Notes: generated from the letters alone by a model not told the origin. DNA of 63,175 nt, filler included, from Pirum gemmata (GCA_002812295.1; 22 parts of 22 records of this genome joined end to end with filler, not necessarily neighbours in it), one strand, 5' to 3'. Numbered from the whole stretch's first letter, positions 1 to 12,300 are shown. Translations and numbers: made by a program.

Positions 1-33
<33 letters not shown>

Positions 34-827
34 TATTGTGGGATATTATATAGTGAATTTTATGTTTACTATGTCATAGGTAAAAAAAATGATCCTACAA
101 AAAATTCTGGAATAAAAACAAAAGGTAGAAAAAACAATTTAATAATAAATTAATAATAAAAAGATAGTAAGTATAATATAACGATTAATTAATTAATAAT
201 AATAATTAACAATTATAACAATTATAATAGTGCGCGTAATGATAATAATAAATAACAATAACAATATTAATTAATAATATAAAATAATGATAACTGTTAT
301 TATTAATATATTATATATAATATTATTACATATTAATATTTTAATAATAAGAATTAATAATAATGATTTTTGATGAATAATAAACGATAACGATAATGAC
401 ACTGCTAATGATAATGATAATGATAAACATAATGTTTATTAATATGATTATAATATATTAGGTTTCGGGATGGGGAAGTATATGGTACACAGTAATAATA
501 ATACCGTTTATGTGTAATAATAATAATGTTCAATTATAATGATTAATGATTAATGATAATGATAATAATAATGATAATAATAATATGATAATAATAAATA
601 TAATATTTAATGGTTATGATTTATGATGATGATATTATAATGATAATAATAATAATAATAATTAATAATAATAATAATAATACTAATGATAATGATATTG
701 ATAATGTTGATAATGGTAAATATAAAGAAAGATAAAGATAATTATAATGACAATGACAATGATAATGATAATAATAATAATAATGATAATAAAATTTTAA
801 AAATAAAAGTAAATAAATAATTTTCTT

Positions 828-973
828 GAGAAGAATTCAAATACTATGTAACGCCAATTTCTGGTCAAGTACTGCTTCAAATACCCCTATCTACCTACTA
901 CTTGACGTTAATTTTCGACCAAATACCGCCTACCTACCTGCCCCTTGACGTGACGTATTATTTGAACGGTCCC
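828..973 (+). mobile_element. MITE family A copy (PIF/Harbinger-like TIR), left end decayed
   Basis: Matches 51455-51611 along its length (ATGTAACGCCAATTTC...GCTTCAAATACCCCTA...CTTGACGTGACGTATTATTTGAACG). Right TIR TATTTGAACGGTCCC is followed by TAA. Confidence 0.75.
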
Positions 974-1158
974 TAAATACAACATATACAAATATGGTAA
1001 TATTGAATTGTAAAATTTATTAATATGGTAATTTTGTCGTATTATATATTATATATAGTAATTTTTTTTTTTTTGTAATCCATTGTTGAGTTTTTACAAG
1101 GACTTTTTTGAAGTCCTTGGTTTTTATTGAACTAACGCTAGCTAGCTCCTACTACTAG

Positions 1159-1263
1159 CCTAACCCTAACCCTAACCATAACCCTAACCCTAACCCTAAC
1201 CCTAACCCTAACCCTAACCCTAACCCTAACCCTAACCCTAACCCTAACCCTAACCTTAACCCT
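1159..1263 (+). repeat. Interstitial telomeric array (CCCTAA)n
   Basis: About 17 hexamers running into an N gap. Confidence 0.95.
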
Positions 1264-1684
1264 NNNNNNNNNNNNNNNNNNNNNNNNNNNNNNNNNNNNN
1301 NNNNNNNNNNNNNNNNNNNNNNNAAAAAAAAAAAAAAAAAAAAAAATGCACGAACCAAGTCCTAGCTAGCTAGGAACCAAGTCTAACTAAACCACGATAT
1401 AATTATAGACCCTATAAGAATAAGAATGAGAATAAGAATAATAAGAATAAGATAACCCATTTTTAACAAAACGATTTATTTATTTCATTTATGGTAATGC
1501 TAATGGTAATGGTAATGCTAATGCTAATGGTAGTGGTAATGCTAATGCTAATGATAATAAGAATATTATTAATAAGAATGAGAATAAGAATAATAAGAAT
1601 AAGATAACCCATTTTAACAAAACGATTTATTTATTTCATTTATGGTAATGGTAATGGTAATGGTAATGGTAATGGTAATGGTAA

Positions 1685-3111
1685 TTACAAAATTTTCTTG
1701 TAAACTCTACAAGGTGGAATTGATAATGGATTATGGTCCTTTAAAGTATTATTCTTCTTGTGTATTGTATGGTCAATGACTTGGTGTGTAAGATAAAGCT
1801 TCAAGTGGTGGTCGTTAAAATGAGTGTGTGACAGAGCTATATGAAAAATTGACTTAAAAACAGGTGTTAAAGCGGAAAAAATCAATTGAGCTGTGCGTGA
1901 TTGACATTTCGATACACTTTCCGAACACAGTCTCCCACATTTTATTGGTTTATTGGCAGGGCAGTTCTGGTTCCAACAAATGGGCCCAATCCCTGTTTGT
2001 TGGTTAAGTAAATCAGGACAATAATGGTAACATAAACCTTGATGATACAGCATATTAGGTTGACAAAAGGGAATGGTTGCTTTGCGAGGTATTATATCCA
2101 GACCATGCCCCTTAAAATTTTTAAGCTTTCTACAACTTAAGATGTAATTTTCATAACCTTCAGGGCACGGAGCGTAGCATAGATTACTTATATTCTCTTC
2201 TCCTTCCACGCAATAATCCCGTACTTTACCTAATCCCCGATAAAATCCTGTCAAATAGCAAGTGTCATAGTCTGTGTCAAATACAGTCTCAAAAGTGCCA
2301 AAAGTAGGATGTTCAGATATAACAACTCGTTCAAAATTAGTTAAGTTAACTTTAATCATACTCGTACTGTCTGAAGCATTTGTATTCGTAATATTATTGT
2401 GATCATAATTATAGTTATAACAAAAAGGAACATCAGTAAAAGCTTCAATAGACGCCGCTATATCTCCTATAAATGCTTTGAAAATCGAACCGACTAATTT
2501 AGCTGTTTCTTTCTCACAAACTGTTTGGTTACTGGCACATAATAAACCACACTTAAAAGGCTTTTCAAAGGGGCATTGCTGGTCCCAGCAAATAGGACCG
2601 ATGCCTTTCTGATCAGGGTAAAAGCAAGGACGATAGCAAACACCTTGATGTTTTTCATAATTATACGGGCAATCAGCTATTCTTGATTTTGCAGCTTGTG
2701 TTAAATATGGGTTTGCATAATGTTGACAGTGACCTGCTTTTTTATAATAACTTTGCGGGCAATATTGGCAAATATTCGTACCTTTGATATACCATTCTCC
2801 TGTTGTGCAGTTATTAGGTAACAAGGCATAACCGCGATTGTAACTAGATAAAAAGCAAGCGTTGGTGACAGTACTACTAGTCTTAACGTTAACGTTGTAT
2901 CGGGAAGTATTCACAAACTTTGAATCTATTTTTTTGATGGCTTTTTCCATATCATCATCGGGTGTTTTAATACCAGTTATGTTACAATTATGATTACTAA
3001 TCAATCCGCTTTTTGTTATGTTGTTTTCTTCCTTACAAAAATTGTAATCATTGTTGGTTTTATTCATTTTATTTGTTCTATAGCTAACTCTATCACTAGT
3101 TTTATCATTAA

Positions 3112-3165
<54 letters not shown>

Positions 3166-3286
3166 CATTATTATTTATATTAACTGGCTCGGTTTGAATT
3201 AGAACATCATTTTTATATATTAAATCGTTAACATTATTGACCATTTCATTTCCAATAAGAATAGCTTCTCTCACTAAACTATCCAT
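1685..3286 (-). CDS. Cys-rich protein with two tandem copies of a ~150-aa disulfide-type domain; possibly the last exon of a secreted protein
   Basis: 533-aa ORF. Both halves share C(F/Y)L...RG, HQG(V/L)CY..C and GIGPICW.Q.CP..KP.KCG.LC, then an amphipathic helix and a terminal P.C. A poly-Asn N-terminal linker is present. A TTAG acceptor lies just upstream (3289-3290). Confidence 0.85.
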
Positions 3287-3971
3287 ATCTAATAAATCAT
3301 CAATGATATAAATAAATATTAATTAATATCAATGGTATACATAATAGCAATAGTAATAGTAATAGTAATAGTAATAGTAATAGTAATAGTAATATATAGT
3401 AATAGTAATAGTAATAGTAATTAATAGTAATAGTAATTATAATAGNNNNNNNNNNNNNNNNNNNNNNNNNNNNNNNNNNNNNNNNNNNNNNNNNNNNNNN
3501 NNNNNNNNNNNNNNNNNNNNNNNNNNNNNNNNNNNNNNNNNNNNNNAATAGTAATAGTAATAGTAATAGTAATAGTAATAGTAATAGTAATAGCAATAGT
3601 AATAGTAATAGTAATAGTAATAGTAATAGTAATAGTAATATTAATGGTAATAGTAATCAATAGTAATAGCTATAGTTGATAGTTATAGTTTTAGTTTTAG
3701 TAACAGTACACGTAATAGCAATATTAATTAATATAACTATACAGTAATAGGAATATTTCATAGTACTACATAGTAGTATATATATTGTAATAATAATAGT
3801 AATAATAATAATAGTAATAATGTTTTATTAATATCAATATTACGTATACTATGAATAATATTGATCAAAAGTAATAGTAACAGTAACAGTATTTTTATTA
3901 TAGTGCTAGTAATAGTAATATTAATAGTAATAGGTATAGTAGTATAGTAATAATAATAATAATAATAATAA

Positions 3972-4071
3972 NNNNNNNNNNNNNNNNNNNNNNNNNNNNN
4001 NNNNNNNNNNNNNNNTTAATTAATTAANNNNNNNNNNNNNNNNNNNNNNNNNNNNNNNNNNNNNNNNNNNN
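3972..4071. other. Artificial contig-joining linker N44-TTAATTAATTAA-N44 (first of 21)
   Basis: Identical 100-bp spacers start at 3972, 6789, 9624, 12428, 15261, 18103, 20936, 23738, 26516, 29320, 32122, 35729, 39496, 42284, 45073, 47899, 50710, 53488, 56323, 59094 and 61905. TTAATTAATTAA gives stops in all six frames. Confidence 0.98.
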
Positions 4072-4842
4072 AAAAAAAAAAAAAAATAAAATATCGTGGT
4101 GCAGTAAAAATAAAAATCCGACAATATGATTAGTCTATATTCATCGAAACGGTTTCAACAAAAGAACGGTAATTGCAATTGGTGTCTTCAGAAGCAGACT
4201 AGCTATAATAGGCTATAATAGCTAGATAAATGGCCACATACAGTCTGCACATACTGGCACATACAGTATCACCAATTATCTTTTCAGTGAATCAGACTTC
4301 ATAATTTAGAATATTTATCAAAAAAAGTACTTTTGTCTTGTATTTAGTGGCTTAGATTCGTAGATATTTTTTTATAGCAACACCATTCGTAAAATAAAAT
4401 CGAATTTTTTATTTTCGATACAAATACTATACAAATAAGCAAATGAAAATACTTTTGTATTGTGGTTTTCCTTTGAGTTTTGTGTATTTTAGTGCGTTTT
4501 AGTGAGTTTGAGTTGGATTGTCTACTAGCTAGCTAGCTAGCTAGCTATGATAGCTTAGTAATATATCATTCCCACAACAACACTTACTCTTTTTCCTAAA
4601 AAAAAAATAAAAAAAATCAAATATAGACTAATTAATTAATAAAATAAATATAATTAGTTTCATGGAAAGAACCAGTTTGTGAAGTTTCGTTTTGATATAT
4701 ATATAAAGGGCTAGTGTTATTAATATATTAACTTTTATTGTAAAAATTAACAGAAAGTAATAAAAAACAAACCAAAAATAAAAATAAAAAAAAACTACAT
4801 TTTTTAAATAATAATAATACAAAACAAAATTTGAAAACAAAA

Positions 4843-6342
4843 ATGAATGTATCATGTACAGAAAATACGATAATAGCTTTACAATTAAAAACCGAACTTC
4901 TTTACAAACACATAGAATCACTTATTACTATTTACCACACCTCAACCAAAAGTAAAGTAAGATCAATAAGTAAAAAATTTAAAAACTCCTCCAAAACTTT
5001 AAACACATTAAAACAAAAATTCGCCTGTGATGTCTTAGAAACCAATTTTTTAGACTTAAAATTGAAACAAGAAGTGTTGAATAAATATTTCGTTCAATAT
5101 AACACTCAACATGAAATATTAGAAAAATTACATATGAAAATAATGAATAGTAAAGAAATTAAAAAATTCAATAGCAATTACAAAGTTCCTGGTATGAAAG
5201 AAAGAAATATACTTAGTATGAGGGACGTAGGCTATGAGCCAAGACCCAGAGCAGGTAGCATAAAAACAGGAAATCTGAAGTTAGTGACATTAAATAGTAG
5301 TACTAAAAACAAGTCACTTCAACAAACTGATAATGATACTAGTCTTATAATTAGTGCACGTAATATTGATAATAGTAATAATACTAAACAAAACAGAAGT
5401 ATAGTGAATACCAACTGCACTAAAGCTGGTGGACGACGACCATCATGTTTTAACCTGAATGATCTGAACAACGCTTACGATGATTCATTCTCGTCATCTT
5501 CAATAATTGCTATGTCAAGGCAAGCTTCAATTACTAAAGATATTCACAAGTTAACTGACAGTGAATCACAACAAACACCATCCTGTACTTTAAATTCCAG
5601 TAAAAGTTATTCTTCATTGAAATCTAGTTTTACGTCTACAACATCGATTACAAAGAGTTTTTCGTTTACAAATTTGTTAGAGAAAAACAGTTTTAGCTCC
5701 GGATCCACACCCAACCATTCAGAGAAGTTGCCTAACAGTAATAATTTATATAAATCTTCCAGTACTGGTGTATTATTAACTCCTACTACGCCTAGAAAGT
5801 CTTCTTTGTCCAATCTAACAATACTTTCTAAAGAAACCTCGGCTTTTACGGTAGATACAGAACCAAGAAGACAAAGTTCACCAACGCTTTTAATACGAAA
5901 AACACAAGGAACATCAACATTATCAGTAGATTTGGAGACAAGAAGACAAACCTCACCAATTCTTTCATTGCCTAAAAGACAAAACATGGACGTTACAGAC
6001 TCTTTGAGAAAATCGTCCTTGACAAATAATGTACTACGAAACCAAAGCTTAAGTCAATGGACTACAGATGAGACCACGAATGACTTTGGAGTTACGTTTC
6101 AACACGAGTTAGAGCCATCACCATTAGTTACACCTAGAAAAAGAAATAACTCTTATAGCATCGATACTCGTTCTTCTGTAATCTGTTTTCAAAAGCTTGT
6201 CAATATTCTAGGTGATGTGCAAGTTGAAGCTTCACATGACATTTCTAACAGTGCTCGAAATAGACAAAGCATGCTTTTAGTTTACGAAATGAATAGTTTA
6301 AAGAATTTAAATCACGACCTATCACCACAACTAGTTCGTTAA
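4843..6342 (+). CDS. Hypothetical protein: N-terminal helical/coiled-coil region and a long Ser/Thr-rich disordered region with RRxS motifs
   Basis: Intronless ~500-codon ORF in AT-rich DNA, first ATG at 4843. No family recognised. Confidence 0.75.
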   Translation: MNVSCTENTIIALQLKTELLYKHIESLITIYHTSTKSKVRSISKKFKNSSKTLNTLKQKFACDVLETNFLDLKLKQEVLNKYFVQYNTQHEILEKLHMKIMNSKEIKKFNSNYKVPGMKERNILSMRDVGYEPRPRAGSIKTGNLKLVTLNSSTKNKSLQQTDNDTSLIISARNIDNSNNTKQNRSIVNTNCTKAGGRRPSCFNLNDLNNAYDDSFSSSSIIAMSRQASITKDIHKLTDSESQQTPSCTLNSSKSYSSLKSSFTSTTSITKSFSFTNLLEKNSFSSGSTPNHSEKLPNSNNLYKSSSTGVLLTPTTPRKSSLSNLTILSKETSAFTVDTEPRRQSSPTLLIRKTQGTSTLSVDLETRRQTSPILSLPKRQNMDVTDSLRKSSLTNNVLRNQSLSQWTTDETTNDFGVTFQHELEPSPLVTPRKRNNSYSIDTRSSVICFQKLVNILGDVQVEASHDISNSARNRQSMLLVYEMNSLKNLNHDLSPQLVR

Positions 6343-7639
6343 TTAAAAATATGTTATTATTTATATATTATATATATGAAATAAAAATAATAAGAATAAT
6401 TGCTTTCAATTGAAAAAAGTAACAAAAACCTTTTTTGAAAATATTAACAAAAACAATTTTTTTTTTACAGTAAAGATTTTTTTTTTACAGTTTTAGGGGT
6501 TAGGAATAAGGTTAGGGGGTTGGGATTATGGGTTTTAAGAGTTAGGGTTAGGGATAAGGATAGGGTTAGGGTTTTAATTAACATCAATATTAGAGTTTAA
6601 TAATTTATAAATTTATAACTCCCGACGGAGTTTTCAGCTGCTGTAGTGGTGACTCTAGACTATAGATTTATTAATCATCTTATGAAGTATTATGACACAC
6701 TAGCTAGTACTATGACACATAGAAGAGAAATTTATAAAAAAAATTTAAAATGTAGACTAAAATGAGGTTTTCTTATCAATATAATCATNNNNNNNNNNNN
6801 NNNNNNNNNNNNNNNNNNNNNNNNNNNNNNNNTTAATTAATTAANNNNNNNNNNNNNNNNNNNNNNNNNNNNNNNNNNNNNNNNNNNNAAAAAAAAAAAA
6901 AAAAAAAAAATGAAAACGAATCAAGCTAAAGGAAATTTTTAAAAAAGTTATGAAATTTATAATCATGTTGTCCGATTCGATCCAATTAAATCTGGAAGGT
7001 TCGATCTAATAAAATCGGGAACGAGTTGACTTTTTATTGCCTTAATTAAAAAAGAACTGAAAACAAGCTTGTTGTCCAAAACATTGTCTTTTCATCGCAA
7101 GAATCAAAAAGCTTTTTGACATAACCATATTGTAGATCAAGTTTTTTGACGTATAAGTACCCTTCATTTTAATATATTACATAATAGAAGATTTTTGAAA
7201 GTTGATTAACTTTGTAAAAAATGATGATGATAATGATGATGATGGTTGTTCTCTATGATATAAGCCGTTGTGATATTTATGCCCAATGTCCCGCCTTACT
7301 AAAAGGTTATGACTTTACTTCTTTGCAATATAGCTTGGTTTGCTTGTTTGCTTGCTTGCTTGTTTGTTTGTTTGTTTGGATTAGTACTGAAGCTTTAACA
7401 ACTATATAATCTACTTGATGTTTATAATCATAGGGACAATTCTTAATACAATTATTTCTGAAAAAACGGAAGTTGTTGCTGGTTACTACCATATTAGCAA
7501 ATATTTCGGAAGTATTTAACGTCGTTATTGATAAATATACAGACGAAATATCTAAAAAATAAAAATCAAGAATTAGGATATAAAGTACCACTCAGTGAGT
7601 ATTTTGTTGTATATAGTAAGAGATGGGATAATAGATAAT

Positions 7640-7907
7640 ATGAGGTCTAAATATGAGGCAAATGCGGATGACGTCATTATATATATATTAAGCAGCGATG
7701 GGTAACAGAACGTGAGGAAAGTTGAAAATATTTTTGTAATTACATTACTATATTTGAAATAATATGATACGTCACGACCACTCTCGCTACTTTTTATATA
7801 GTAATATTATTAAAAAAAAAGAAATCTCAACTTTCCTCACGCTCCCTCACACGCGGAAAAAATATTTTTATGACGTCATCCGCGTTCCCCTTACACTTAG
7901 ACCTCAT
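7640..7907. mobile_element. Foldback/Mutator-like MITE with ~95-bp imperfect TIRs
   Basis: ATGAGGTCTAA...GCGGATGACGTCAT...CGTGAGGAAAGTTGA is mirrored by TCAACTTTCCTCACG...ATGACGTCATCCGC...TTAGACCTCAT. Flanks are ATAGATAAT and TTAGATAAT (8/9 match). Confidence 0.75.
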
Positions 7908-7957
7908 TTAGATAATGTAGGTAATTTTTTTTGTAACTTAAAAAGCTTTTTTTTTAA

Positions 7958-8183
7958 CAGCCAAGCCGGATAAAACTGTACAAATCATTTTATTTTTTCC
8001 AAAAACCTTGAATGCTAACTAGCCAAATTATTTTTTAAAAAAATAGCCATTGGCTCATAATAGAGTTTTCTTAGACAATTTCTCAAAATTTGGTAGTTCC
8101 TTCATTAAAATTGGATCTTTTTGAGATTTTTTGGGTTTTTGAGCTCATGTGGCGGATGCCGCCATTTTTATCCAGCTTGGTAG
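7958..8183 (+). mobile_element. MITE family C copy (~230 bp, ~18-bp TIR)
   Basis: TIRs CAGCCAAGCCGGATAAAA and TTTTATCCAGCTTGGTAG. Homologous copies at 21081-21324 (-) and 53940-54166 (+), partial copies at ~13870-13990 and ~35357-35515. Confidence 0.85.
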
Positions 8184-8917
8184 TTTTAAAAAATAGCATT
8201 TTTGCTTTTAATTTGAAATTGGGTTCATTTCAAGAAAAATGGGAGAAGATGTGTGTTGTTTTTTAGATGTATGTATAATAAGGATGAAATCAAACAATTG
8301 TTTAAAAAGAGAAATAATATAGTTAATAAGGATTTAGTTAATTTGCATAGACTACTTGTTTTTGTTAAGTTAAGTAATGATTATGTCAGAAGTATCTGGA
8401 TTATTAGAAATAAGTTTTTACATGACCCTATTTCGTAAAAAATCGAAAAGAAATAGAGTCTATATTTCAAAATTGGTTTGTCCACCAAAACAAAATAATT
8501 ATTAATATTGTTAATAATATTGTTATTATTATTCTGGTCAAAATACTTCTCAAGCCTTTTATTATTAATATTAATAGTATTATTATTATTTTCTAATCGA
8601 CTCTAAATTTAGGTTAAATGGATATTGCAGATAGTGTTTCTGATCCAAATATAGATAGATCCCTCTGTAACCTCTTTTTTATAAATGATTTTGGTTCGCT
8701 TTTTTGGACTGTTGTAAATGTAAATCACAATGACATTGATTACGTAGTACAGATATCAGTTTACTTGATGTAGTGTTTTCTTTTTCACTTTCGCGAACAA
8801 CTCTTTTAAAATTAATTAATTAATTTATAGATCACAAAATTACAAATAACGCTCACTGTGAATAGTGGGGCGCGTGTGGTAAAGAAAAAGCGACATCATT
8901 TATGAACGGTCTCATAT

Positions 8918-9330
8918 TGTTTGTTATTTGTTGTTTGTTGTTTGTTGTTCGTTGTTTGTTGTTTGCTGTTTGTTGGTTGTTTGTTTGTTGTTTGTTGTTT
9001 GTTGTTTGTTGTTTGTTGTTTGTTGTTTGTTGTTTGTTGTTTGTTGTTTGTTTGTTGTTTGTTGTTTGTTTGTTTGTTTGTTTGTNNNNNNNNNNNNNNN
9101 NNNNNNNNNNNNNNNNNNNNNNNNNNNNNNNNNNNTGTTGTTTGTTGTTTGTTGTTTGTTGTTTGTTGTTTGTTGTTTGTTGTTTGTTGTTTGTTGTTTG
9201 TTGTTTGTTATTTGTTATTTGTTATTTGTTATTTGTTATTTGTTTGTTTGTTTGTTTGTTTGCTTGTTTGTTTGTTTGTTTGTTTGTTTGTTTGTTTGTT
9301 TGTTTGTTTGTTTGTTTGTTTATTGTTTGT
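8918..9330. repeat. (TTGTTGT)n/(TTTG)n microsatellite
   Basis: Simple repeat seen directly. It explains the spurious ORFs at 8902-9347. Confidence 0.95.
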
Positions 9331-9348
9331 TCCTAAAGATTAAATAAA

Positions 9349-9528
9349 TCACTTTGTGCGTTGAGTTAAAGAGCCATCTTCCATACCAAAATAAGCCATT
9401 TCTGTCATGTTAACAAAAAGCCCGGTTTCCACTACCCCGGGAATATTGAGCAAGGCTTGATTCAAAGTGTGAGGATCTGAAATCTCTCCGAAGTCAACAT
9501 CGATTACGAACATACCATTATCTGTAAC
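9349..9528 (-). CDS. RPIA: Ribose-5-phosphate isomerase A, terminal exon (not in ORF track)
   Basis: After a TTTTATAG acceptor it reads VTDNGMFVIDVDFGEISDPHTLNQALLNIPGVVETGLFVNMTEMAYFGMEDGSLTQRTK*. VTDNG, IPGVVETGLF and YFGMxDG are RpiA C-terminal signatures. Confidence 0.95.
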   Translation of the reverse strand, partial: VTDNGMFVIDVDFGEISDPHTLNQALLNIPGVVETGLFVNMTEMAYFGMEDGSLTQRTK

Positions 9529-9881
9529 CTATAAAATAAGTTAGTAAGTAAAACGAAACACTAGTTAAAATACATAATGAAAATATTACAACTATGTATT
9601 AACATAATTTATTATTATTATTANNNNNNNNNNNNNNNNNNNNNNNNNNNNNNNNNNNNNNNNNNNNTTAATTAATTAANNNNNNNNNNNNNNNNNNNNN
9701 NNNNNNNNNNNNNNNNNNNNNNNAACCTCTTAACCTCTTAACCTCTTAACCTCTTAACCTCTTAACCTCTTAACCTCTTAACCTCTAACCTCTAACCTCT
9801 TAACCTCTTAACCCCTAATCCGTAACCCCTAAACCCTAACCCCTAACCCCTTGGAATGTTCCAATAAAATTCCATATTAAG

Positions 9882-10224
9882 GGAGCAACGTCTTTGTGTG
9901 GTTCCTGACGGGGATTTCTTCAAGAGTGTTAAAGAGGGTAAAATAACAATGTGCACCGATACTATTGATACTTTTACGCCTACGGGTATCAGATTAAATT
10001 CTGGTAAAGAATTAGAAGCTGATATTATTGTATCTTGTACTGGTTTGAATATGCAAATGTGTGGTGGAGTTAAAATGTACATTGATGAAAAAGAAGTTAT
10101 TGTTCCAGAGCATGCTAGTTATCGTGGATGTATGTTGGATAATGGTTAGTATTTTGTTTGTTGTAGTTGTTGTGTATGTTTGTTTGTTTGTGTTTGTTTG
10201 TTTGTTTGTTAGTTAGTTAATTTG

Positions 10225-10263
<39 letters not shown>

Positions 10264-10791
10264 GTTGTTGTTGTTGTTCTTGTTATTATTATTATTGTTG
10301 TTTTTGTTGTTGTTATAACTTCACACTTAATATAAACCTCTCAAACCTTCCAAATAAGAAGTACAACAACAAACAATCATATTTGTAATTATAATCATAA
10401 TTATAATCATACGAATATTAATTTTTATAACTATGCTTTAATCTTTATATAAAAAACAATAGTTCCAAATTTCATCTATGGATTCGGCTACACCAATAAC
10501 AGTTGGACTTTAAGAATCGATCTTGTGTATGATTTGATGAAAAAAATCTTTAAAAATATGGATAACAATAATTTTAAACGCATTCATGTTAAATCACCTT
10601 CTGAAGAAGATCAAGTTAGTCATTCTACCTGCTACTTGACTTCGGGCTACATGTCTAGAGGGGCCCAACTGTGCCCTAAACGGGGTCCTGGCTTTCGTCA
10701 ACCGTGGGGTTATGTTAATTATTATTATGTTGATTTATGGCATTTCTGGTGGTTTAATGCAAAGACTGATAAAGATTTGGTTTATGCTTAA
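9882..10791 (+). CDS. Flavin-dependent Baeyer-Villiger monooxygenase, EthA/AlmA-like, last two exons (9882-10144, 10463-10791)
   Basis: Spliced product (W)EQRLCVVPDGDFFK...TDTIDTFTPTGIRLNSGKELEADIIVSCTGL...YRGCMLDN|VPNFIYGFGYTNNSWTLRIDL...TSGY...PKRG...PW follows the EthA C-terminal motifs. The GT-AG phase-1 intron keeps frame. Confidence 0.92.
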
Positions 10792-11109
10792 AATAATAAC
10801 TTTCGTCAGCCATGGGGTTAGGGGTTATGGGGGTTAGGGGTTAGGGTTTTTTCTTTGCGGCGAGGAAAGAGGTCTTGAACTCAATAGAGTAAATGTATTT
10901 CAAGCATTTTTTTTAATTGATCGTTAATGCAAAATTTAGCCAAAATCCACTGTAAAACACTTTTTTAATAAATAGATTGTTAGGGTGGGAAATTTATCAT
11001 AAATTTCGGACCTAAGAAACCATAAAAAAAACCTTCCTTGCAGCTTAGCTCCTATCATTTAACTTTTTGTTGTTGTTGTTTTTACCCTTTGGGAACTATT
11101 TTGTCATTC

Positions 11110-12300
11110 TACACGCTCTACTACTATGATACTTGAATAATTTTAATAGCTAATAATTATTTGCTAAAAATTACAACATTTTCGAGAATTTGAAATAATG
11201 TCAAACTTAAAAAAAAACACGTTACTGTCACACTTGAATAATTTTAATATCCAACAATTATTTACTAAAAATCATTGCATTTTGAGAATTTTAAATACAG
11301 TATTTTATTTAAAAGCCTTTTCATTTACTAATCTATGTCAAACTTTTTTAAAAAAAACACGCTACTATGATACTTGAATAATTTTAATAGCTAACAATTA
11401 TTTGCTAAATCATAACATTTTGAGAATTTTAAATACACAGTATTTAATTTAAGCCTTTTCATTTACTAATATGTCAAATTTTTAAAAAAAACACGATACT
11501 ATCATACTTGAATAATTTTAATAGCTAACAATTATTAGCTAAAAATTATAACATTTTGGGATTTTTAAATATATTTAATTTTTATCTTTTTCATTTACTA
11601 ATATATGTCAAACTTTAAAAAAAAACACGCTACTATGATACTTGAATAATTTAATAGTTAACAATTATTTGCTATAAATCATAACAATTTGAGGATTTTA
11701 AATACAGTATTTTATTTTTAAAAAAGCTTTTTCATTTACTAATCCAAGTCAAAACTTTTTTAAAAAAAACACGCTACTATGATACTTGAATAATTTTAAT
11801 AGCTAACAATTATTTGCTAAATCATAACATTTTGAGAATTTTAAATACACAGTATTTAATTTAAGTCTTTTCATTTACTAATATGTCAAATTTTAAAAAA
11901 AAACACGATACTATCATACTTAAATAATTTTAATAGCTAACAATTATTAGCTAAAATTATAACATTTTGGGAATTTTAAATAAATTTAATTTTTAATCTT
12001 TTTCATTTACTAATTTATGTCAAACTTTAAAATAAAACACGCTACTATGATACTTGAAAAATTTTAATAGTTAACAATTATTTGCTAAAATTTATAAAAA
12101 TTTGAAAATTTTAAATACAGTATTTAATTTACTAATATATGTCAAACTTCAAAAAAAAAAAATACGATACTCTTGAATAATTTTTTAATAGCTAACAATT
12201 CTTTGCTTTAAAAATTTAACATTTTGAGAATTTTAAATATATCTAACTTAAGCCTTTACTGATATATAGTCAAACTTGAAAAAAAAAACATGCTACTAAT
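11110..12300. repeat. ~134-bp AT-rich satellite, about 9 units, with a 412-bp trimeric higher-order period
   Basis: ACACG-like unit starts at 11217, 11357, 11491, 11625, 11769, 11903, 12037, 12162 and 12288. Units 412 bp apart share diagnostic variants. Confidence 0.92.

Noticed and set aside
8902..9347. Hydrophobic or low-complexity ORFs here and at 24800-25555, 32166-33586, 49111-49598, 55816-56058, 58047-59145 and 62259-63098
   Set aside because: They are translations of microsatellites or N runs.
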